Shown here in pieces: positions 1 through 7,004 of a stretch of 13,513 bases of DNA. Made by a program: the position numbers and the translations under genes. The notes beneath the pieces were generated by a model, which saw only the letters and a list, made by a program, of their open reading frames with translations, searched no databases and was not told the DNA's origin. Source of the stretch: Bdellovibrionales bacterium. GTDB taxonomy: Bacteria > Bdellovibrionota > Bdellovibrionia > Bdellovibrionales > UBA1609. Within the stretch, counting starts at the first letter, position 1; each line of letters opens with the position of its first letter. Location: positions 1 to 13,513 of the forward strand of contig JBFWVI010000068.1 in the NCBI GenBank assembly GCA_050246815.1, given 5' to 3'.

Positions 1-1077
1 GTGGGCGATAAAACCAGTCTGATTTTATCCCCCCTGGTGGCCGCGGCCGGCGTGCCCGTGCCCATGATGGCGGGGCGGGGCCTGGGCCACACCGGTGGAA
101 CCCTGGACAAGCTTGAGGCGATTCCGGGTTTCAACGTGCGCCTTGATCTTGATCAATTCCGCCGGCTGATCGATCAGGTGGGCACGGCGATCATCGGGCA
201 AACCCAAAATATCTGCCCGGCCGATCTTAAGCTTTACTCCTTACGCGATGTGACCGGAACCGTGGATTCGATCCCCCTGATCTGTGCATCCATCATGTCT
301 AAAAAACTGGCCGAGGGTGTGGGCGGCTTGGTTTTGGATGTCAAATACGGCAGTGGCGCCTTTATGAAAGACCTCGAACAGGCGCGCACTTTAGCGCGCA
401 ATCTGGTGCAGATCGGCCATCTGCGCGGCCGCCGCATGGTCGCGCTGCTGACCGACATGAATCAACCCATGGGGCGCTTTGCCGGCAATGCTTGCGAGGT
501 GCAGGAATGTCTGGATATTCTCGGCGGCCAAGATCAAGAGCATCGCGAGTTGCATCACGACACGCGCGAAGTCACTTTGCAATTGGCCTCTCACATGTTG
601 GTGCTTGCAGATGTGCAAAAAGATCTTTTAAGCGCGCGCCAAGAGTGTGAACGCCTGCTGACCAGCGGCGCGGCCCTACAGAAATTCAACCAGATGTGTC
701 TGGCCCAAGGCGCCCAGCCCAATTGGCGCCTGCCTGTGGCCAAATACCAAAAAATCATTGCGGCACCGGCGGCCGGCTTTGTTAACGGCTATCAAGTAGA
801 ATCGATCGGCTTTGCCGGCATCGAACTTGGTGCTGGACGACTGCAAAGCAAGGATGTCATCGATCCCACCGCCGGCATCGAGTTTTACAAAAAACTTGGC
901 ATGCGCACAGAAAATGGCCAGCCGCTGTTCAGAATTTTTGCGAACTCCGAAAAGGGGTTCCAAGCCGCCGAAACAAGATTGCTTCAGGCGGTTACGATCG
1001 ACGCCACCCCAAAATCAGCGCCACCTTTAGTGGCCGCAATTGTCACACCAAACGGAGGACAAGATGTCCACGGATGA
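1..1077 (+). CDS. pdp: Pyrimidine-nucleoside (thymidine) phosphorylase, 5'-truncated by the window edge
   Basis: Family motifs GDKTSLIL, GRGLGHTGGTLDKLEAIPGF, YSLRDVTG, ASIMSKKLAEG, LVLDVKYGSGAFMK and C-terminal LGAGR..IDP.AGI. The ORF begins mid-protein (the GVGDK motif normally follows an N-terminal helical domain), so the true start is upstream. Confidence 0.95.
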   Translation: MGDKTSLILSPLVAAAGVPVPMMAGRGLGHTGGTLDKLEAIPGFNVRLDLDQFRRLIDQVGTAIIGQTQNICPADLKLYSLRDVTGTVDSIPLICASIMSKKLAEGVGGLVLDVKYGSGAFMKDLEQARTLARNLVQIGHLRGRRMVALLTDMNQPMGRFAGNACEVQECLDILGGQDQEHRELHHDTREVTLQLASHMLVLADVQKDLLSARQECERLLTSGAALQKFNQMCLAQGAQPNWRLPVAKYQKIIAAPAAGFVNGYQVESIGFAGIELGAGRLQSKDVIDPTAGIEFYKKLGMRTENGQPLFRIFANSEKGFQAAETRLLQAVTIDATPKSAPPLVAAIVTPNGGQDVHG

Positions 1078-1906
1078 ATTAAAACGACAACTCGACGATG
1101 CCGTGCAGTTTATTCGCGGTCTAATTTCCGTCCAACCAAAGCTGGGTATCACACTGGGCTCGGGTCTTTCGGGCTTTGCCGATCAACTGCAAAAGGCCAT
1201 CAAAATTCCTTTCGCGGAAATTCCGCACTTCGCGCCCCCCACTGTGGCGGGACATGGCGGACATTTAGTCGTGGGTCTGCTGGACTCAACGCCCGTCGCG
1301 ATTCTGCAGGGCCGGGTTCACTATTACGAAGGTCACGACATGGCTAAAGTGGTGTTTCCCACGCGCGTGTTGGCGCAACTGGGCGTGCAAGTGTTGCTTT
1401 TGACCAATGCCTCGGGCGGACTTGACCCTTTGATGCGGCCTGGGGACTTTATGATCTTGCGCGATCACATTAATTTAACGGGGGCGAACCCTTTGCGCGG
1501 ACCTAACCCTGATTTTTTAGGCCTGCGCTTTCCGGACATGAGCGAGCCCTATGACAAAAACTTAAGAAAACTTTTGCATCAGTCTTTAGACAAAGCGGCG
1601 GCCCGCTACTCCGAAGGAGTCTATGCGGGCGTGGCCGGCCCCTGCTATGAAACCGCCGCTGAAGTTCGCTTTTTACAGATCATCGGCGCCCAAGCCGTGG
1701 GTATGAGCACCGTGGCCGAAACCATTGCCGCTCGCCACTGCGACATGCGGGTGGCCGCCCTGGCTTGCATCACCAACCAGGCCACGGGCTTGAGCTCGGG
1801 GCAGATCACCCATGACGAAGTCAAAGACATCGCCAAGCTTGTCGAACAAAAATTTTCTGCGGCCTTAACCGATTTCACAAAGCGCCTGAGCCCGGAATTA
1901 AAATAA
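1064..1906 (+). CDS. punA: Purine-nucleoside phosphorylase, trimeric PNP-I (inosine/guanosine) type
   Basis: Motifs LGSGL, GRVHYYEG, LTNASGG, DHIN, RFPDMSEPYD, GPCYETAAE, VGMSTVAE, ITN, THDEV. Start moved to ATG 1064 because GGAGG lies at 1054-1058. Overlaps the pdp 3' end by 14 nt. Confidence 0.95.
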   Translation: MSTDELKRQLDDAVQFIRGLISVQPKLGITLGSGLSGFADQLQKAIKIPFAEIPHFAPPTVAGHGGHLVVGLLDSTPVAILQGRVHYYEGHDMAKVVFPTRVLAQLGVQVLLLTNASGGLDPLMRPGDFMILRDHINLTGANPLRGPNPDFLGLRFPDMSEPYDKNLRKLLHQSLDKAAARYSEGVYAGVAGPCYETAAEVRFLQIIGAQAVGMSTVAETIAARHCDMRVAALACITNQATGLSSGQITHDEVKDIAKLVEQKFSAALTDFTKRLSPELK

Positions 1907-1908
1907 TT

Positions 1909-3231
1909 ATGGCGGTTTTATTGCGCGGTGGCCGCGTTGTCACCATGAATTCAAAGCGCCATGTTTTCACCGGCGACGTCCGTGTCGATGGCCGCCACAT
2001 TGTCGCGCTTGGCACCAAAATCGACGCGCAAAAAGGCGACACAATCTTAGATGTCCAAGACCATTTTGTTATCCCGGGCTTGATTCAAGTGCACACCCAC
2101 TTATGCCAGGCCATGTTTCGCGGCTTCGCCGACGATTTGCGCTTATTGGATTGGTTAAAGAAAAAAATCTGGCCCATGGAAAGCGGTCACAACGGTGAAT
2201 CCTTGACCGCTTCCGCTCAGATCGGCCTGCTTGAAATGCAACTTTTAGGCACCACAAGCATTTTGGATATGGGGACCGTTCAACACACGGACCACATTTT
2301 TAAAGCCGTCCAAGAAAGTGGCATGCGTTACGTCGGCGGCAATTGTTTGATGGATCGCAAGGGCTCTGCGGGTCCTTTGTGGCAAGCGCGCCAGCCCGCC
2401 CTCAAAGAATGCCAACGCCTGATTGAAAAATGGCAGGGTCAAAATCCTTTGATCGAATACGCGTTGAACCCTCGCTTCGCCATCTCTTGCAGCGACCATC
2501 TGCTACGCGACTGCGTCGGCCTGCAAAAATCCTACAATTTGAAAATTCATACGCACGCCTCGGAAAGCCTTGAGGAGATCGCCATCGTCAAAGCCCGCAC
2601 CGGACTTAGTAATGTAGATTACTTGGATTCCCTTGGCATGCTGGGCCCGCAAACAGTCCTGGTGCATGGCGTTCATTTAAGCGCGGGTGAGCTTCGAAAG
2701 ATGATTCGCACGAAAACCCCGCTGGTACATTGCCCCAGCTCGAATTTAAAATTGGCCAGCGGGATCGCGCCAATTGAACGGTATAGAAAATTAGGTTTGC
2801 AAATGGGCCTCGGCTCTGATGGGGCGCCCTGTAACAACAACATGGACCCTTTTTTAGAAATGCGCCTAACTGCACTGCTGCAAAAGCCGCGCTTTGGCCC
2901 CGAAGCGATGTCGGCCGCGCAGGCTTTCGAGCTGGCCACACTTGGTGGCGCGCGGGTCTTAGGTAAGAGCGATTTGCTGGGTTCGCTGGAGGCCGGCAAA
3001 CTTGCAGACATTGCCGTAGTTGAGGCTTCGCATCCTTCGGTCGCCACGGTAGAAAATCCCTATTCTGCTTTGGTGTACAGCTGTTCCGGCCGCGACGTGC
3101 GACATGTGTTGATTGATGGACAAATTGTGGTTCGTGATCGCCAGCACTGGCGCTGGTCCTTGCCACAAGTGGTCGCCAAAACCAAAGACGAGCGCAAAAA
3201 ACTCTTCTCCCGCATCGGTATTTCAGCTTAG
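1909..3231 (+). CDS. Metal-dependent amidohydrolase, MtaD/5'-deoxyadenosine deaminase (AtzA/TrzA-like) family
   Basis: PGLIQVHTHLCQ (HxH), HTHASE (HxxE), HCPSSNLKLASG, LGSDGAPCNN (catalytic Asp), GSLEAGKLAD. Starts 2 nt after the punA stop. Exact substrate is inferred from context. Confidence 0.85.
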   Translation: MAVLLRGGRVVTMNSKRHVFTGDVRVDGRHIVALGTKIDAQKGDTILDVQDHFVIPGLIQVHTHLCQAMFRGFADDLRLLDWLKKKIWPMESGHNGESLTASAQIGLLEMQLLGTTSILDMGTVQHTDHIFKAVQESGMRYVGGNCLMDRKGSAGPLWQARQPALKECQRLIEKWQGQNPLIEYALNPRFAISCSDHLLRDCVGLQKSYNLKIHTHASESLEEIAIVKARTGLSNVDYLDSLGMLGPQTVLVHGVHLSAGELRKMIRTKTPLVHCPSSNLKLASGIAPIERYRKLGLQMGLGSDGAPCNNNMDPFLEMRLTALLQKPRFGPEAMSAAQAFELATLGGARVLGKSDLLGSLEAGKLADIAVVEASHPSVATVENPYSALVYSCSGRDVRHVLIDGQIVVRDRQHWRWSLPQVVAKTKDERKKLFSRIGISA

Positions 3232-3241
3232 GAGGCCGGGC

Positions 3242-3760
3242 ATGAAAACACTTATTCACATTTTGTTTTTTCTTTTGTCTTGTGGTGCCTTCGCCGCAAG
3301 CCCCTCGTCGGCCATCATCACGCATCAAAGGTGGGGCAACTTGGACCAGGTCACCCAATACGGACAGTTCTATTTTTCAGCGGCCCCCGACGAAAACGCT
3401 TTGGCTGAATTTAAAAAACGCGGCGGCCAGGCCGTCGTTGATCTGCGCACCACTAAAGAAATGGATTGCAGTGAATTGGCCGTGGCAACCAAGCTCGGTT
3501 TGAAGTACCAAAATATTCAATTTAAGAAAGCGGAGCCAATTAACAAAGCTGTGATCGCGCAAATTGAAAAGGCGGTGGCTGACAGCAAGGGGGCATCCAT
3601 TTTGCTTCATTGTGAAACCGGCAATCGTGCGGCGGCTTGGTTGGCAATTCATTTGGTGACTCAAGATAAAATGAAGCCAAAAGAAGCCTTGAGCATTGCC
3701 GAAGAAGTGGGCTTAAGATCCGCTGACCTTAAAACCAAAGTCGGCACCTACCTGAAGTAG
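3242..3760 (+). CDS. Secreted DUF442/Blh N-terminal-type protein (PTP-like fold, CxxGxR; phosphatase-like or sulfurtransferase)
   Basis: ATG 3242 follows GGAGG (3231-3235). Sec signal MKTLIHILFFLLSCGAFA. Motifs AVVDLR..E, LGLKYQNI and LLHCETGNRA (HCETGNR at 3608-3628). The 43-aa upstream extension in the ORF track overlaps the deaminase and is probably not translated. Confidence 0.75.
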   Translation: MKTLIHILFFLLSCGAFAASPSSAIITHQRWGNLDQVTQYGQFYFSAAPDENALAEFKKRGGQAVVDLRTTKEMDCSELAVATKLGLKYQNIQFKKAEPINKAVIAQIEKAVADSKGASILLHCETGNRAAAWLAIHLVTQDKMKPKEALSIAEEVGLRSADLKTKVGTYLK

Positions 3761-3784
3761 TTGCAGCGCATTAGTGTTTTTTGT

Positions 3785-4195
3785 TTACGTGACTCGTCGG
3801 CCCCTAAACACCACGTCAACGTGGTCAATCTGGTACCCTTGCAAGGAGTCTGCGTTGACCTGCACCTGCGAAGGATCGATATCAAAAATTTGATTGGCGT
3901 CCGAGTCATATAAGTGGAAATGATTGGACGTGTTCGAATCGTAAATAAGTCGTGCCGCTTGCGGCGAATAAAACGCACGAATCAAACCCACGGCCACGAA
4001 CTCGTTGAGGGTGTTGTAGATGGTTGCGCGACTCACTTGGGTTAAATTTAAATCCGCCCAATTGTAAAGATCGTCCGCCGTGAAGTGTTGGTGCTCTTTT
4101 AATATGTAAGCTGCAAGAGCGATTCGATGCACGGTGGGCCTGACGCCACGCGCTTTTAATTTTTCAACGGTCTTTATCTGATCTTCTGTGTTCAT
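3785..4195 (-). CDS. Fur-family transcriptional regulator, Irr/PerR-like
   Basis: LKARGVRPTVHR, HFTADDLY, VSRATIYNTLNEFVAVGLI (Fur wHTH) and YDSNTSNHFHLYD (HxH). No Cys residues, so no CxxC zinc site. ATG at 4195 gives 136 aa, a typical Fur size. Confidence 0.9.
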   Translation of the reverse strand: MNTEDQIKTVEKLKARGVRPTVHRIALAAYILKEHQHFTADDLYNWADLNLTQVSRATIYNTLNEFVAVGLIRAFYSPQAARLIYDSNTSNHFHLYDSDANQIFDIDPSQVQVNADSLQGYQIDHVDVVFRGRRVT

Positions 4196-4204
4196 AACTA
4201 AACT

Positions 4205-4233
4205 CTTATAACATGTTTTTAGATTGAATCTAA
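4205..4233 (-). promoter_or_regulatory. Candidate promoter for the Fur-family gene (extended -10)
   Basis: Minus strand reads TTAGAT (4233-4228), 17 nt, TATAAG (4210-4205), with the -10 preceded by TGt. It ends only 9 nt before the ATG. Confidence 0.4.
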
Positions 4234-4235
4234 AA
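4217..4235. promoter_or_regulatory. Perfect 9-1-9 inverted repeat, probable operator of the adjacent Fur-family regulator
   Basis: TTTTAGATT-G-AATCTAAAA lies in the 93-bp AT-rich divergent gap. Its core TTTAGAT-N3-ATCTAAA differs from the Irr ICE consensus TTTAGAA-N3-TTCTAAA at 2 symmetric positions. Confidence 0.8.
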
Positions 4236-4252
4236 TTCTTTCTCTTTAAGCT
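4224..4252 (+). promoter_or_regulatory. Candidate sigma70 promoter for the diheme enzyme operon
   Basis: TTGAAT (4224-4229), 17-nt spacer, TAAGCT (4247-4252). Lies 36 nt upstream of the GTG start at 4289. Confidence 0.55.
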
Positions 4253-4288
4253 TTGTTTGAAAGTATTTTGAGAACAGGGGGATTCCAA

Positions 4289-5431
4289 GTGAAAGATAAA
4301 CAACTGCGCCCATGGCTCGCTGCATTGCTGTGCTTCGTGACGGCCGGGTCTCAAGCACAAAATAAAAGTGCTGAAGCCAATCAAGATTTGTTGGGCCTGC
4401 CCGCGCTGAACGTGCCCAAAGACAATCCCATCACCAAAGAAAAAGTGGTTTTGGGGGACCGTCTATTTAATGACGTGCGCTTTAGCTCGACAGGCAAAGT
4501 GTCTTGCGCCACTTGCCACGATCCCAATAAAGCTTTCACAGACTCGCCACTGAAAACCTCGAAAGGAATCCATGATCTGACCGGCACTCGCAACGCGCCG
4601 ACGGTGATCAATTCCGCTTTCTACCAAACCCAATTTTGGGATGGACGGTCCCCCAGCCTAGAAGATCAGTCCCAACATCCGATCATCAACCCCGTCGAAA
4701 TGGGCTTAAAAAATCACGAGCCCTTGCTGCAAATTGTACGTGGAGAAAAATCTTACCAGGATATGTTCAAGGCCGCATTCGGGGTGGCCGCGCATAAAAT
4801 CAGCATGAAACATGTGATGATGGCAATGGCCACCTTTGAAAGAACCATTATCGACGGCAACAGCCGCTTTGATCGCTGGTACTTCAAGGGCGAAGCCACT
4901 TTGTCTGAAAAAGAAATCGCAGGATTTCAAACTTTCGTTGGCAATGGCCGCTGTGTTTCATGCCACGCGGTCGAACAAACCAGCGCCTTGTTTACAGACA
5001 ATAAATTTCATGCCATTGGTGTGGGCATCAACCGCCTACCACAAGCCGAGGTTGAACGACTTGGTCATGAATTCTTACAGGCTCAGTACGACAACAAACA
5101 AGTTGATGAAAAAGTCTTGAGTGATGCCAAAGTCTCGGAGCTTGGCCGTTTCGCCGTGACTCGAAACATGAGCGAAATGGGCGCATTCAAAACATCCGGC
5201 CTTCGCAATATCGATCTGACCGCGCCTTACATGCATGACGGCAGCTTGAAAACGCTCGAAGACGTGGTTGAACACTACAACCGCGGTGGTGCGAGCTCGG
5301 ACAAAGAGAAAAGCGCCATTACGCCGTATTTGAGCGGCGGCATTCGCCCCTTGAATCTGACCAACGCCGAAAAATCCAACCTGGTCGCCTTTATGAAAGC
5401 TTTGACCAGCCAAAAGCGCGAAAAGAAATAA
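4289..5431 (+). CDS. Diheme bCcP/MauG-superfamily enzyme (annotatable as cytochrome c peroxidase), exported
   Basis: Two heme motifs, CATCH (4505-4519) and CVSCH (4952-4966). Also RNAPTVIN, QFWDGR, NPVEMG and LRNIDLTAPYMHDGS. GTG 4289 follows AGGGGG (4276-4281). Sec signal ending ..AGSQA. Confidence 0.93.
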   Translation: MKDKQLRPWLAALLCFVTAGSQAQNKSAEANQDLLGLPALNVPKDNPITKEKVVLGDRLFNDVRFSSTGKVSCATCHDPNKAFTDSPLKTSKGIHDLTGTRNAPTVINSAFYQTQFWDGRSPSLEDQSQHPIINPVEMGLKNHEPLLQIVRGEKSYQDMFKAAFGVAAHKISMKHVMMAMATFERTIIDGNSRFDRWYFKGEATLSEKEIAGFQTFVGNGRCVSCHAVEQTSALFTDNKFHAIGVGINRLPQAEVERLGHEFLQAQYDNKQVDEKVLSDAKVSELGRFAVTRNMSEMGAFKTSGLRNIDLTAPYMHDGSLKTLEDVVEHYNRGGASSDKEKSAITPYLSGGIRPLNLTNAEKSNLVAFMKALTSQKREKK

Positions 5432-5440
5432 GGAGACCCC

Positions 5441-6514
5441 ATGAGCTCAAACAATTCTCGACGTCATTTTATTCATAGCGGCTTGTCCTTGGCGGCCATG
5501 GCGACTTTGCCAATGAGCATGGTGCGCATTGCCTTTGGCGACTCCAAAAAAGAGGACTTCACCTTCGCTTATATCTCGGACTCACACATTCAGCACATCA
5601 AGGGTAATGAGTTCGTGCGCAATTGGGATCAGGGCTTGAAGCGCGCAGTGGCGGAAACAAATCTTTTGGTTCCTAAACCCGACTTTGTCATTTTCGGTGG
5701 CGATTTGGCCCAGCTGGGGACGAAGCCCGAACTGGACCACGGCGCCGAAATGCTCTCGGCTTTAAAATACAAAACCTATCATGTGATGGGCGAACACGAC
5801 TTCTATTTGGACATGGGCCAATACTGGGAAAAGCTTTTTGGCCCCCAATATTACAGCTTCGATCACAAGGGCGTGCACTTTGTCGTGTTGAACAGCATTT
5901 TGACTTACGATTCGTGGATCAAACGCTGGGCCACGCCCGAGCAACGCATGAACGAAATGGCCGGCCTCGACAACCCGAACGGCTCGCCGTTTATGGTAGG
6001 CGAAACCCAACGTAAGTGGCTAGCTAAAGATCTTGAAAAAGTCAGCAAAAACACTCCACTGGTCGTGCTATCGCATTCACCGCTACAAAAAATATTTAAA
6101 AACTGGAATTTCTGGACCGACGACGCCGAGCAAGTTCAAGCCCTGCTTAAACCATTCAAAAAGGTCAACGTGCTCTATGGTCACGTGCACCAGATCCAGT
6201 ACAACCAAATCGGCAACATCGCCTTTAATTCTGTGATGGCGACCGCTTGGCCGTGGCCGTACCCGGCGTCTTACGCATTGGCCGACAGTCATCTGCCGGT
6301 GTTGACCGTGCCGATGAATCGCGCCGACCCCTTTGACGAACGCGACGCCACCGGCTGGCAGTACATCAACATGAACACTGGCCGCGTGGCCGCCCGCTAC
6401 CAACTGGCCAGCAACCAAAACCGCACGGTGGCGTTCAACAGCAAAACCGGTCGGCCCGAAGACGTTTCGTTTCAAAAGCCAAGCTCGCAAATTCCACCAC
6501 AAACCCATTATTAG
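5441..6514 (+). CDS. Tat-exported calcineurin-like metallophosphoesterase
   Basis: Twin-arginine signal SRRHFI (5456-5473) plus a hydrophobic stretch ending IAFG. Metal motifs DSH, GGDL, GEHD, LSH, GHVH. RBS AGGAG abuts the upstream stop. Confidence 0.9.
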   Translation: MSSNNSRRHFIHSGLSLAAMATLPMSMVRIAFGDSKKEDFTFAYISDSHIQHIKGNEFVRNWDQGLKRAVAETNLLVPKPDFVIFGGDLAQLGTKPELDHGAEMLSALKYKTYHVMGEHDFYLDMGQYWEKLFGPQYYSFDHKGVHFVVLNSILTYDSWIKRWATPEQRMNEMAGLDNPNGSPFMVGETQRKWLAKDLEKVSKNTPLVVLSHSPLQKIFKNWNFWTDDAEQVQALLKPFKKVNVLYGHVHQIQYNQIGNIAFNSVMATAWPWPYPASYALADSHLPVLTVPMNRADPFDERDATGWQYINMNTGRVAARYQLASNQNRTVAFNSKTGRPEDVSFQKPSSQIPPQTHY

Positions 6515-6525
6515 ATTGGACACCA

Positions 6526-6543
6526 GGGTCGCTTTTGCGGCCC
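6526..6543 (+). other. Intra-operonic GC-rich hairpin without U-tract
   Basis: GGGTCGC-TTTT-GCGGCCC forms a 7-bp stem with one U:G pair, fully paired only on the + strand. Confidence 0.5.
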
Positions 6544-6563
6544 CACCTCACACAGGAGTTGTT

Positions 6564-6968
6564 ATGATGAAATTAATTTTGAGCGTTATGTTGATGCTGT
6601 TCTCTGCCGCCTCGGCCTTGGCTGATGACTTCACTAAAGAGGACGTGGCCCGCTGGCAAAAAGAATTCGACACCGTGGCCAAATACGGTCGCGAGCTTTG
6701 GACCAACTCCGCCAAGGTGAAAATCGGCACCAACGGCGTGGCCTGCGCTCAGTGCCACCCGAATGGCGCCAATACCCACCCCGAAACTTACCCCAAGTTC
6801 CAAAAGCAACTGGGCAAGGTCACCACCATTTTTGAAATGATCAACTGGTGCATCCGCAACCCACTGCAAGGCACAAACCTAGCCGCCGACTCCAAAGAAA
6901 TGATCGCGCTGCAAGCCTACATCGCCGCCGAACGAAAAGGCATAAAACTAGCCCCCGGCAAACACTAA
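6564..6968 (+). CDS. Exported monoheme cytochrome c resembling the TsdA heme-1/SoxA domain (probable His/Cys ligation)
   Basis: AGGAG (6554-6558) precedes ATG 6564. Sec signal ending ASALA. CAQCH at 6744-6758, followed by YPKF...VTTIFEMINWCIRNPLQG..LAADSKEMIALQAYI, which matches the TsdA/SoxA pattern YP.Y....TL..RI..C....M.G..L..DS.EM.A..AY. Confidence 0.8.
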   Translation: MMKLILSVMLMLFSAASALADDFTKEDVARWQKEFDTVAKYGRELWTNSAKVKIGTNGVACAQCHPNGANTHPETYPKFQKQLGKVTTIFEMINWCIRNPLQGTNLAADSKEMIALQAYIAAERKGIKLAPGKH

Positions 6969-6983
6969 GGTGCCTGGCACCTT
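6967..6983. repeat. Perfect 8-1-8 palindrome (REP-like element or terminator hairpin)
   Basis: AAGGTGCC-T-GGCACCTT overlaps the cytochrome stop codon and is followed by TTGGTTT. Confidence 0.55.
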
Positions 6984-7004
6984 TTGGTTTAGCTTTGCGT
7001 CATA

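Noticed and set aside
1..3. GTG at position 1 as the start of pdp
   Set aside because: It is the internal Val of the GVGDK motif, and the N-terminal domain lies outside the window.
2606..3358. 250-aa minus-strand ORF and the many other short antisense or alternate-frame ORFs
   Set aside because: They lie wholly within well-supported genes, show no recognisable motifs and have composition typical of shadow ORFs.
3761..3784. Possible terminator between the convergent DUF442-type and Fur genes (AGCGC-ATTA-GTGTT then T-run)
   Set aside because: The stem is only 5 bp with two G:U pairs, too weak to call.
4196..4384. Apparent head-to-head overlap of the Fur ORF (to 4384) and the diheme ORF (from 4253)
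   Set aside because: This is an artefact of longest-ORF calling. Family length, RBS and signal peptide support starts at 4195 and 4289, leaving a 93-bp regulatory gap.
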